In this document: positions 9,264 through 17,176 of the stretch, piece after piece | Layout of the letters: each line of letters begins with the position of its first letter | How positions within the stretch are numbered: the first letter of the stretch is position 1 | Assembly (NCBI GenBank): GCA_046760505.1 | Contig: JBHIEG010000008.1 | Location: 1-64,000, forward strand | Direction: 5' to 3' | Source: Candidatus Hydrothermarchaeota archaeon | GTDB taxonomy: Archaea; CAYFZR01 | DNA: 64,000 bases | Program-made: the position numbers and the translations under genes | Notes under the pieces: model-generated | Databases searched by the model: none | What the model saw: the letters and a program-made list of their open reading frames with translations, nothing else | What the model was told of the DNA's origin: nothing

Positions 9264-9638
9264 CTATTCTATAGAGTCTTCAACTTCCATGTTGATCTTT
9301 TCGATTATGCATTCGTTTCCTTTTCTTATTTCAGGCATTCCATTGCAAACAGGACACTTTATGTAAATTAACTGGTGAGATTCCTCTTTGTAATCTAAGG
9401 GTCCGGTGTAACCGCAGTTGCATTCGCCTTCTGCTTTTTGCATTTTTATCTTAAAATCCGCCCCCTTAATTATATCATCATCGATCAATGTTTCTAATAA
9501 GAATTTAAGCTGTTCTGGATCTAAAAAGAGCAGCTCTCCTAAATTTAATTCCACTGATATTACTTTATGTGCTTTGTGCTTTTTCGCCTCTTTTTTAATT
9601 TTTTCCAAAATGTTAGATGCAAATGCCAACTCATGCAT
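9264..9638 (-). CDS. hypA: Nickel metallochaperone HypA
   Basis: N-terminal MHE, ECNCG and CPVC zinc ligands. Confidence 0.93.
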   Translation of the reverse strand: MHELAFASNILEKIKKEAKKHKAHKVISVELNLGELLFLDPEQLKFLLETLIDDDIIKGADFKIKMQKAEGECNCGYTGPLDYKEESHQLIYIKCPVCNGMPEIRKGNECIIEKINMEVEDSIE

Positions 9639-9809
9639 TTATCCACCACTTTCCATATAGAGTTACTTTATAAAAATTAAATATTAAATATAAGTTAGGT
9701 CAAAATTCCAATCTGTTTTTAATTCATATAATTTTTTTAATTTATATAACTCTATTCTATTACACTTTTATTCTATCATAATTTTTTCTTATATAATCCA
9801 TCATTATTG

Positions 9810-9828
9810 GATATAACTTCGTTATATC
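9810..9828. promoter_or_regulatory. Perfect inverted repeat GATATAAC-TTC-GTTATATC, candidate regulator site in the hypA/hdrA divergent region
   Basis: 8-bp arms, 3-nt spacer, seen directly; a related site lies at 4084-4101 upstream of hypF. Confidence 0.4.
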
Positions 9829-9891
9829 TTCTAAATATAATTATTTTTCATTTTAAAGCATTTTAAGAGCAGAAATTGTTATATACCCCTT

Positions 9892-9936
9892 TTAGTATAT
9901 ATTAATACGTGGAAACAGAGTTTGAGTATATACTAA
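9892..9936. promoter_or_regulatory. Two copies of near-palindrome TTAGTATATACTAA downstream of the putative hdrA TATA box
   Basis: TTAGTATATATTAA (9892-9905) and TGAGTATATACTAA (9923-9936), one mismatch each, 31 bp apart. Confidence 0.4.
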
Positions 9937-10006
9937 CAAAAACAAAAATACTACTGAATCATAACTGCTTTAGACTATTTTTTCATCTTTCTCCGGAGGT
10001 TTCATA

Positions 10007-11758
10007 ATGGAGCCCAAGATTGGAATTTATATTTGTAGGTGTGAAGGTGAGATCTCTAACGTAGTGGACGTAAGCGCAGTTGCAGATTTTGCAAGACAAT
10101 TGCCTAACGTAGTTTCAGTAAAAGAACTTGAAAGTCTCTGTTCATTTGAGGATCAGGTTTCCATGAAAAGAGATATCCAAAACGGAGTAGTAAATCGAGT
10201 TGTTTTAGCTGCATGTAGTCCCAGAATGTATGAAGTTCCGATTAAACAAGCAATCGAAGAAGCAGGATTGAACGTATATCTCTTCGAGAAGGCCAATATA
10301 AGGGAGCAATGTGCTTGGTCCCATTCAAACGTTCCTGATAAAGCGACTGAGAAAGCAAAGGCATTGGTTGCCAGTGCAGTGGCAAAGGTTAGGAATTCGG
10401 TAGAAAGAGAAGATCGAGAAATCAAAATTTTAGATAGAGCACTTGTGATTGGAGGGGGAGTGGCAGGATTAGAAGCAGCTTTGGATCTAGCAAATCAAGG
10501 ATTCTATACATATTTGGTTGAAAGAGAATCGGAACTTGGGGGAAGAGCATATAAACTGAGTATGACCTTCCCTACAACGAGCTGTGGAATATGCTGCATG
10601 CACTACTGTAAAGAATGCAGATTGACCCCAGGATTAATGGATGTTTACCTAAATCGAAATGTAGATGTTATGACCGACACAGAAGTTATAGGCGTAGACG
10701 GCTACGTTGGAAATTATCAAATAACTGTCAAGAACAGGAAAAGCGGAATGGTTAGAAAATTTGCGGTAGGAACAATTATAGTTGCAACAGGTTCTAAGAT
10801 CTATGATGCACGCAGAATTCCAGAGTATGGATACGGAGAGTACGAGGATGTTCTAACTATTCTAGATCTTGAACGGAGAATAGTTGAGGACAGGCTTAAA
10901 GGAAGAGTTTTAAGCAGACCATCTGACGGTAAAGTGCCAAAGGTTGTTAGTTTTATCCAGTGTGTTGGGTCCAGAGCAGAGAAAGGCGGAAATCCATATT
11001 GCTCATTGGTTTGCTGCAACTATGCATTAGGTCAGGCAAGCACGATTAAAAAAATGTATCCTGATTGTGACGTATACATATTCTACATTGACATAAGAGG
11101 CCCATACCGGGGTATAGAGGAGTTTTACGAAGAAGTTCGAGAGATGGGAGTCAAATTTGTAAGGGGTCGTGTAGCCAGAGTTGAAAAGGTAGGAGATAAA
11201 TTAGTTTTAAGCGCAGAAGATAAAGACCTCGGAGAGCAGGTACAGGTCGAATCAGATCTGGTTATTTTATCGGTTGGTCAAGAGCCTAATGATGGAACTC
11301 CTGAACTGGCCAAGATGCTGAATATTCCCTTAGGCCCTGATGGATTCTTCGAGGACTTAAATCTAGTACTTGAACCCGAAGAGAGAAGAGGAATATATCT
11401 AGCCGGATGTGCACAAGGTCCAAGAGGGATTAGATGGTCTGTTGCAGATGGAAGGATAGCGGCTTCCCATGCAGCAGCACTAATGTCCGAGGGAATTCTA
11501 AGGACTGAGGCCATTGTAGCATTGGTAGATGAAGATTCCTGCGGAGGATGCGGAATCTGCACGAGTGTATGTCCATACAACGTTCCCAAGCTTAAAGAAG
11601 TAAATGGAAGAAGGATTTCTGAGATCGCTCCAGTCTCATGTAATGGATGTGGCGTATGCGCTTCTGCATGTCCATCAGACGCTATCGATATGGAGAGTTA
11701 TCAGGAAAACCAAATACTGGCGCAGATAGAGGCGCTAGCCAAAATGGAGGTTAAATGA
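10007..11758 (+). CDS. hdrA: Heterodisulfide reductase subunit A-like flavoprotein (short variant)
   Basis: IGIYICRC, AACSP, NIREQCAW, VIGGGVAG FAD motif, CVGSR...YCS.VCC, C-terminal 2x[4Fe-4S] ferredoxin motifs. Confidence 0.93.
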   Translation: MEPKIGIYICRCEGEISNVVDVSAVADFARQLPNVVSVKELESLCSFEDQVSMKRDIQNGVVNRVVLAACSPRMYEVPIKQAIEEAGLNVYLFEKANIREQCAWSHSNVPDKATEKAKALVASAVAKVRNSVEREDREIKILDRALVIGGGVAGLEAALDLANQGFYTYLVERESELGGRAYKLSMTFPTTSCGICCMHYCKECRLTPGLMDVYLNRNVDVMTDTEVIGVDGYVGNYQITVKNRKSGMVRKFAVGTIIVATGSKIYDARRIPEYGYGEYEDVLTILDLERRIVEDRLKGRVLSRPSDGKVPKVVSFIQCVGSRAEKGGNPYCSLVCCNYALGQASTIKKMYPDCDVYIFYIDIRGPYRGIEEFYEEVREMGVKFVRGRVARVEKVGDKLVLSAEDKDLGEQVQVESDLVILSVGQEPNDGTPELAKMLNIPLGPDGFFEDLNLVLEPEERRGIYLAGCAQGPRGIRWSVADGRIAASHAAALMSEGILRTEAIVALVDEDSCGGCGICTSVCPYNVPKLKEVNGRRISEIAPVSCNGCGVCASACPSDAIDMESYQENQILAQIEALAKMEVK

Positions 11759-12291
11759 TGGCGGAAATTAAACTTCCGGTTAGATTAACGGAGAACGATC
11801 CAGGTTTTGTAGATGAAATCGTCAGGGCGGGAGGTCCCTTGGTATACAAATGCCTTCAGTGCGGAAGGTGTGCAGGGGATTGTCCTCTTGGCATAGAACC
11901 CCTCCATCATATTAGAAGACTGATAAAAATGGCTATTTATGGATTGAGAGAAAGAGTACTCTCCGATCCTGGAATCTGGAGATGTACCACCTGTCACACT
12001 TGCTGGGAAAGATGTCCCTTGGAAGTGAATCCTACCGACTTCGTAATCGCTCTCAGGAGGATACTTGCAAGAGAAGGTAATATTCCTGAATCTACAAAGA
12101 AAATTGCGAATAATATCGTAGCCACAGGGCATGCAGTAAATTTAGGAGAAGAACAGAAGAAAATTAGATCCTCTTTAGGCCTTGACCCTGTTCCTCCGAC
12201 CGCATTGTCGAATAAAGAAGCATTGAACGACCTTAAAGCCATTATCAAGAAGACAAAGGCAGATAAACTCATTGGATTCGGAGGTTATTAA
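11755..12291 (+). CDS. hdrC: Heterodisulfide reductase subunit C
   Basis: CLQCGRCAGDCP and WRCTTCHTCWERCP; located between hdrA and hdrB. Confidence 0.93.
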   Translation: MMAEIKLPVRLTENDPGFVDEIVRAGGPLVYKCLQCGRCAGDCPLGIEPLHHIRRLIKMAIYGLRERVLSDPGIWRCTTCHTCWERCPLEVNPTDFVIALRRILAREGNIPESTKKIANNIVATGHAVNLGEEQKKIRSSLGLDPVPPTALSNKEALNDLKAIIKKTKADKLIGFGGY

Positions 12292-13182
12292 ATGACCTAT
12301 GCACTCTTTTTAGGATGCATTGCGCCTTTAAGATATCCAGACATCGAAAAAGCAACTAGAATATCTCTAAAGAATTTGGGAATTGAAATCAAAGATATGG
12401 AAGGCGCTACCTGCTGTCCGGCAGGAGCATCCTTTAACTGTATTGACGAGATTACATCCCTCGCTATATCGGCAAGAAATCTATCTATAGCAGAGGAAAT
12501 GAAATGTGATGTAGTTACGATATGCAGCGGGTGCTTTTCTACTCTTAAAGAAGCAAACAAGAAACTTAGAGAGAATAATGAGAAAAGAAAATTGGTTAAT
12601 GAGGTTCTTGGCGAAATTGGAAGAGCATACAAAGGCAAAACGGAAATAAAACATCTTGTAGAATTATTATATGATGATGTAGGCATCGAAAGGATTAGAG
12701 ATTCAATTAAAAGACCTTTAAACGGTATTAAAATTGCACCACACTACGGATGCCATATACTAAGACCCTCCATATTTCTGGATGTAGACAATCCTGAAAA
12801 GCCCAGAAAGCTTGATGAATTAATCAATGCACTAGGTGCCAAAAGCTTATCATACCAACACAAATTGATGTGCTGCGGGGCAGGAGGAGGGCTCCGCGCA
12901 TATGACCATAATTTTGCAACGAGAATAGTAACCAGAAAATTAAATGCCATCAAAGAAGCTGGAGCCCATGCTATCGTAGACGTTTGTCCTTTCTGCCATC
13001 TTCAATTTGATGTATCTCAAGCAGAACTCAATGAAAAGAAAGGATACGAGTTTAAAATCCCTGTCTTTCATTATACACAATTACTCGCATTAGCCCAAGG
13101 AAATGATCCTAAAGAAATCATTAGCGTTTCAAAAATACCGAGAGAAAATATAATTAATAAAATTAAGGTAGAGGCGAAATGA
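12292..13182 (+). CDS. hdrB: Heterodisulfide reductase subunit B
   Basis: Two CCG domains: FLGC..TCCPA..CSGC and HYGCH..CCGAGGG..CPFCHLQFD. Confidence 0.95.
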   Translation: MTYALFLGCIAPLRYPDIEKATRISLKNLGIEIKDMEGATCCPAGASFNCIDEITSLAISARNLSIAEEMKCDVVTICSGCFSTLKEANKKLRENNEKRKLVNEVLGEIGRAYKGKTEIKHLVELLYDDVGIERIRDSIKRPLNGIKIAPHYGCHILRPSIFLDVDNPEKPRKLDELINALGAKSLSYQHKLMCCGAGGGLRAYDHNFATRIVTRKLNAIKEAGAHAIVDVCPFCHLQFDVSQAELNEKKGYEFKIPVFHYTQLLALAQGNDPKEIISVSKIPRENIINKIKVEAK

Positions 13183-13183
13183 A

Positions 13184-13603
13184 ATGGATGATTTCGAACC
13201 AAATATAATAGGTTTTTTGTGCAGATGGTGTTCTTATGCAGGAGCAGACCTCGCGGGAATAGACAGAATGCACTATCCTCCGAATGTAAGAGTTATCAGA
13301 GTTATGTGTTCAGGAAGAATAGATCCATTATTCGTTTTAGAGGCATTTAGACAGGGTATAGACGGCGTGTTAATAATGGGATGTCATCCGGATGAATGTC
13401 ATCATGTCTCTGGAAATCTCAAGGCACTCAAAAGAGTTACACTCCTAAAAAAATTGATGGAACAACTTGGATTAAATCCAAAAAGGCTGAGGCTTGACTG
13501 GATCTCTGCTTATGAAGGGGGTAAGTTTGCAAAGGTTTCAACTGAAATGGTTCAAGAGATAAAGAAAATAGGTCCAAATCCTTTAAAGGAGGATTTAAGA
13601 TGA
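13184..13603 (+). CDS. mvhD: F420-non-reducing hydrogenase [2Fe-2S] subunit D
   Basis: FLCRWCSYAGADLAG, RVMCSGR, GCHPDECH. Confidence 0.96.
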   Translation: MDDFEPNIIGFLCRWCSYAGADLAGIDRMHYPPNVRVIRVMCSGRIDPLFVLEAFRQGIDGVLIMGCHPDECHHVSGNLKALKRVTLLKKLMEQLGLNPKRLRLDWISAYEGGKFAKVSTEMVQEIKKIGPNPLKEDLR

Positions 13604-14586
13604 AAAATTCAGATAATAAACTCAAATTAGCAATAGGTCTTGGTGCTACCTGCTCTGGATGTGATATTGCACTCCTTGACATAAAGGAAAAAATCTTAGG
13701 CCTTCTCGAAATAGCCGACATAATTTTCTGGCCTACTGGAATGGATGGAAAACAAAGAGATCTCGAGAAAATGAGAGATGAGAGCATCGATATCGGAATA
13801 TACCATGGTTCGGTAAGAAATTCTGAAAATGAGGAAATAGCCAAGTTAATCAGAGAAAAATCCAAAATTCTGATAGCTTTTGGATCATGTGCATGCTACG
13901 GTGGAATTCCGGGTCTAGCTAATATATCAAACAAATCTGAAATATTTGAAATAGTTTACAAAAAAACAAAGTCTACTGTAAATCCTGAGTTTGTCACGCC
14001 TCAAAAAAACCTGAGTTTCAATGGAAGAATCCTTAGTTTGCCTGAGTTTTATGATACGGTAAGATCGCTTGATCAAACCGTCGAAGTTGATTACTATCTT
14101 CCTGGTTGTCCTCCTCCTGTTCAGTTAATAGAACTTGCTATTTCCGCTATAGCGAGCGGAGAATTACCTCCTAAAGGATCTGTAATAGCCTCAGATAAAT
14201 CCCTTTGTGAGGAATGTCCAAGGGAAATAGAAGACAAAAAAATCTCCTTTATACATAGAATTTATGAGATAGTTCCAGATCAAAAGAGATGTTTACTAGA
14301 ACAGGGAATTATTTGCTTAGGTCCTGCCACAAGAGGAGGCTGCGAGGCAAAATGTATCAAGGTGAATATGCCTTGCGAGGGATGTCTGGGCCCTTTACCA
14401 AACTTAAAGGATCAAGGAAGCTCTATTTTGAGTGCAATAGCATCTATACTTGCCGTTGAAGATGAAAAACAGTTGGCTGAAGATGAGTTGAAAAAGTTAG
14501 TTGAAAAGATCTTTGATCCCCTGGGTACATTCTATAGATTTACGCTTCCTGTTGCCCCCATTAATAGAAGGGTTGAGGATGGTTGA
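13600..14586 (+). CDS. mvhG: F420-non-reducing hydrogenase small subunit G
   Basis: TCSGCD, FGSCACYGG, PGCPP, CLLEQGIICLGPATRGGC. Confidence 0.94.
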   Translation: MKNSDNKLKLAIGLGATCSGCDIALLDIKEKILGLLEIADIIFWPTGMDGKQRDLEKMRDESIDIGIYHGSVRNSENEEIAKLIREKSKILIAFGSCACYGGIPGLANISNKSEIFEIVYKKTKSTVNPEFVTPQKNLSFNGRILSLPEFYDTVRSLDQTVEVDYYLPGCPPPVQLIELAISAIASGELPPKGSVIASDKSLCEECPREIEDKKISFIHRIYEIVPDQKRCLLEQGIICLGPATRGGCEAKCIKVNMPCEGCLGPLPNLKDQGSSILSAIASILAVEDEKQLAEDELKKLVEKIFDPLGTFYRFTLPVAPINRRVEDG

Positions 14587-16078
14587 AATGCCTAAGATAT
14601 TCGATGAGCCTGAGACAATTACTACAAGAAATATAACCATAAAGCCGATTACCCGCTTAGAAGGTCACGGAAAGATCGACATATTCCTAAACGATCAGGG
14701 AAACGTTAGGGACGCATACTTCCAAGTTGTTGAACTACGCGGTTTTGAAAGATTTTGCATAGGAAGACCTGTTGAAGAACTTCCCAGAATAACTCCAAGA
14801 ATATGTGGTGTTTGTCCCGGTCCCCATCACATGGCTTCTACGAAAGCAACTGATGCTGTATTTGGAGCAGAAGTACCAGAGCCGGCAAAGAAGTTAAGGG
14901 AACTTTACTACATGGCTCATATTATTCACAGCCACATAGCGCATTTCTATGTACTTGCTGCTCCTGACTTCATACTGGGTCCTGCAGAAGATCCAAGCAA
15001 AAGAAATATTGTAGGAGTGATAGAAGCAGTAGGAAAAGATACCGTTAACGATGTTATTACGCATAGAGCATATGCACAAAAGATTCAAGAGATAATAGGT
15101 GGTAGAGCAACACATTCTGTTTGCGGCCTGCCAGGGGGAATGTCTAAGGCAATAAGTGAGGAGGAAAGAAAAGAAATCGAAACGATGGCAAGATCTTGCG
15201 TTAACTTCTCGAGAAGATCTATCCAGATTTTTGAAGATTTGGTTCTCGGTAATGATACCTATGTAGATATTATTAAGGGAGACATATACAAGAATCAAAC
15301 ATATTACATGGGTCTTGTTGATGAAGAGAACAGGCTAAACCTGTATGATGGAAAGATAAGAGTTGTTGATCAGAAAGGAAATGAATTCACTAAATTTGAG
15401 GCAAAAGATTATTTGGAACATATCGCCGAGCATGTAGAGCCCTGGACCTATCTAAAGTTTCCATATCTAAAGGCTATCGGATGGAAAGGTCTAATCGATG
15501 GTCAGGAGAGTGGAGTATATAGAGTAGGACCTCTTGCAAGACTTAATGTAGCAGATGAAATTCCAACACCGCTTGCTCAAGAGGAATACGAGAAAATGAT
15601 TGAGATTCTTGGAGGAAAACCTGTTCATGCGACTCTTGCATATCACTGGGCAAGATTGATTGAACTGTTGTATGCAAGTGAGCGGTTGCATGAACTCTCA
15701 GTGGATCCAGAAATAACGAGTAATGATATTAGGGGAAAATTAGGCGAACCGAGCGAAGGAGTAGGCGTAATCGAGGCACCAAGAGGGACACTTTTCCATC
15801 ACTATATCACAGATGAAAGTGGTATCGTAAAAGAAATAAATTTAATAGTTGCGACAGGAAATAATAACGCTGCGATATGCATTTCGGTTAAAAAAGCAGC
15901 AGAATCTCTTATAAGAGACTGGAAGGTTAGTAACGGACTTTTAAATATGATAGAAATGGCTTTTAGAGCCTACGATCCTTGTTTCGCCTGCGCAACTCAT
16001 GCATTAGGTCGCATACCTCTAGATGTTCGGATATATGATAACGAAAAGAGATTGTTCAAAAGACTTACCAACTTTTGA
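14579..16078 (+). CDS. mvhA: Group 3c [NiFe]-hydrogenase large subunit A
   Basis: TRLEGHG, L1 RICGVC, EAPRG, L2 DPCFACATH plus cleavable extension; ATG at 14579 (ORF track 14501). Confidence 0.95.
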   Translation: MVEMPKIFDEPETITTRNITIKPITRLEGHGKIDIFLNDQGNVRDAYFQVVELRGFERFCIGRPVEELPRITPRICGVCPGPHHMASTKATDAVFGAEVPEPAKKLRELYYMAHIIHSHIAHFYVLAAPDFILGPAEDPSKRNIVGVIEAVGKDTVNDVITHRAYAQKIQEIIGGRATHSVCGLPGGMSKAISEEERKEIETMARSCVNFSRRSIQIFEDLVLGNDTYVDIIKGDIYKNQTYYMGLVDEENRLNLYDGKIRVVDQKGNEFTKFEAKDYLEHIAEHVEPWTYLKFPYLKAIGWKGLIDGQESGVYRVGPLARLNVADEIPTPLAQEEYEKMIEILGGKPVHATLAYHWARLIELLYASERLHELSVDPEITSNDIRGKLGEPSEGVGVIEAPRGTLFHHYITDESGIVKEINLIVATGNNNAAICISVKKAAESLIRDWKVSNGLLNMIEMAFRAYDPCFACATHALGRIPLDVRIYDNEKRLFKRLTNF

Positions 16079-16423
16079 TTATAACATGCTTTCTAGCTTT
16101 TCCTTGGCATCGTTCATCTCTAGACGTATCAAACCGATATTTACATCTCTGTCAGTGATTACCGCCAGTATGGCTTTTCCTACATCCAGCACGAGAATCT
16201 TACCGTTTTCGGCTTCTATCATTGCTTGAGTTAACTTACCTTGTCCGGTCCTTTCAGCGGACTTTTCCCCAGTACCAAAGATGGCTGCACTCATCGCTCC
16301 AATCATATCTCCATCCATCGATTTTGGGAGTGCATTAGCTATTAGTAAGCCATCCTTTCCAACGATGAGAGAGCCAACTATGCCGTCTACCTTGGTCAAA
16401 TCTGAGAGCACGACATCTATCAT
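16079..16423 (-). CDS. Roadblock/LC7 (MglB-like) protein
   Basis: GIVGSLIVGKDGLLIA...IGAMSAAIFGTGE...IEAENGKILV...NIGLIRLEM. Confidence 0.9.
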   Translation of the reverse strand: MIDVVLSDLTKVDGIVGSLIVGKDGLLIANALPKSMDGDMIGAMSAAIFGTGEKSAERTGQGKLTQAMIEAENGKILVLDVGKAILAVITDRDVNIGLIRLEMNDAKEKLESML

Positions 16424-16427
16424 AACA

Positions 16428-16931
16428 TCACCTCATGGCTTCCTCCAGTATCTTATCGATGAACTGTTCATCTGGATCTTTTAGTCTATATTTTTTCATA
16501 AGCGTCTTTCTATCAATTTCGAAGGCTCCAATCAACCTTTCAAAGAATTTTTTACATTCTGTTTTTAGGGAGCCGTTTCTCTGAATGAATGATAACGTTG
16601 TTTTGAAATTGGCTTCTTCAGGATCATATACTATAAATTCAAATTCTTCTTTTACATCTTCTACCAATTTTTCACCTGCAATATCTCCAACCAGTCCTCC
16701 GGCATCGGAATAAAATACTGATAGTGCTCTGCCTTCTTTGAATATTATCCAGACATCTCGATTGATACTTTTTTTAGGGAAAAATATCCGGAGATAACCA
16801 CTAAATTTATCTTTTCTCAGTTTCTTAAGTTTATTCACAAATTCGCAGGGATCGATAATTCTTTCTTCCTCTAATATATGGGATTTACTCATTACCCATG
16901 ATAAGTTTGAGAGATAGTCATTCTTCTTCAT
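16428..16931 (-). CDS. DUF2226-like protein
   Basis: FSGYLRI...IIFKEG core and C-terminal DRKTLMKKYRLKDPDEQFIDKILE resembling the DUF2226 tail; ATGA overlap with ferredoxin. Confidence 0.6.
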   Translation of the reverse strand: MKKNDYLSNLSWVMSKSHILEEERIIDPCEFVNKLKKLRKDKFSGYLRIFFPKKSINRDVWIIFKEGRALSVFYSDAGGLVGDIAGEKLVEDVKEEFEFIVYDPEEANFKTTLSFIQRNGSLKTECKKFFERLIGAFEIDRKTLMKKYRLKDPDEQFIDKILEEAMR

Positions 16932-17176
16932 CTCATCCTCTCTATCATTTTAATTGCATTTGTATCCCAGTAATATACCTTTACCTCCACTGTTTCATTA
17001 AAGTCTATGGCTTCTGCGGGACATCTATCAATGCAATTCAAACAAATTATGCAGTCTTCCTTCCTCTTTATATCAGGAACATCATCCTCGTTTTTTTCAA
17101 ACACTGTGGTTGGACAAATATCTACGCATATGTTGCATTTTTTACAAAGGTCTTTGTCTATGAAGATTTCAGGCAT
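16928..17176 (-). CDS. 2x[4Fe-4S] ferredoxin with C-terminal extension
   Basis: CKKCNICVDICP and CIICLNCIDRCP. Confidence 0.92.
   Translation of the reverse strand: MPEIFIDKDLCKKCNICVDICPTTVFEKNEDDVPDIKRKEDCIICLNCIDRCPAEAIDFNETVEVKVYYWDTNAIKMIERMR

Noticed and set aside
9806-9832. Resemblance to a Thermococcales-type dif site (ATTGGATATAA...TTATATCT) and to a loxP arm
   Set aside because: The spacer is 5 bp rather than the 6 bp of Xer/dif sites and the outer right arm does not match; kept only as a candidate regulator site.
10007-16078. Calling the organism a methanogen from hdr/mvh/mfnA
   Set aside because: These genes also occur in non-methanogenic archaea; no mcr or mtr genes are in the window.
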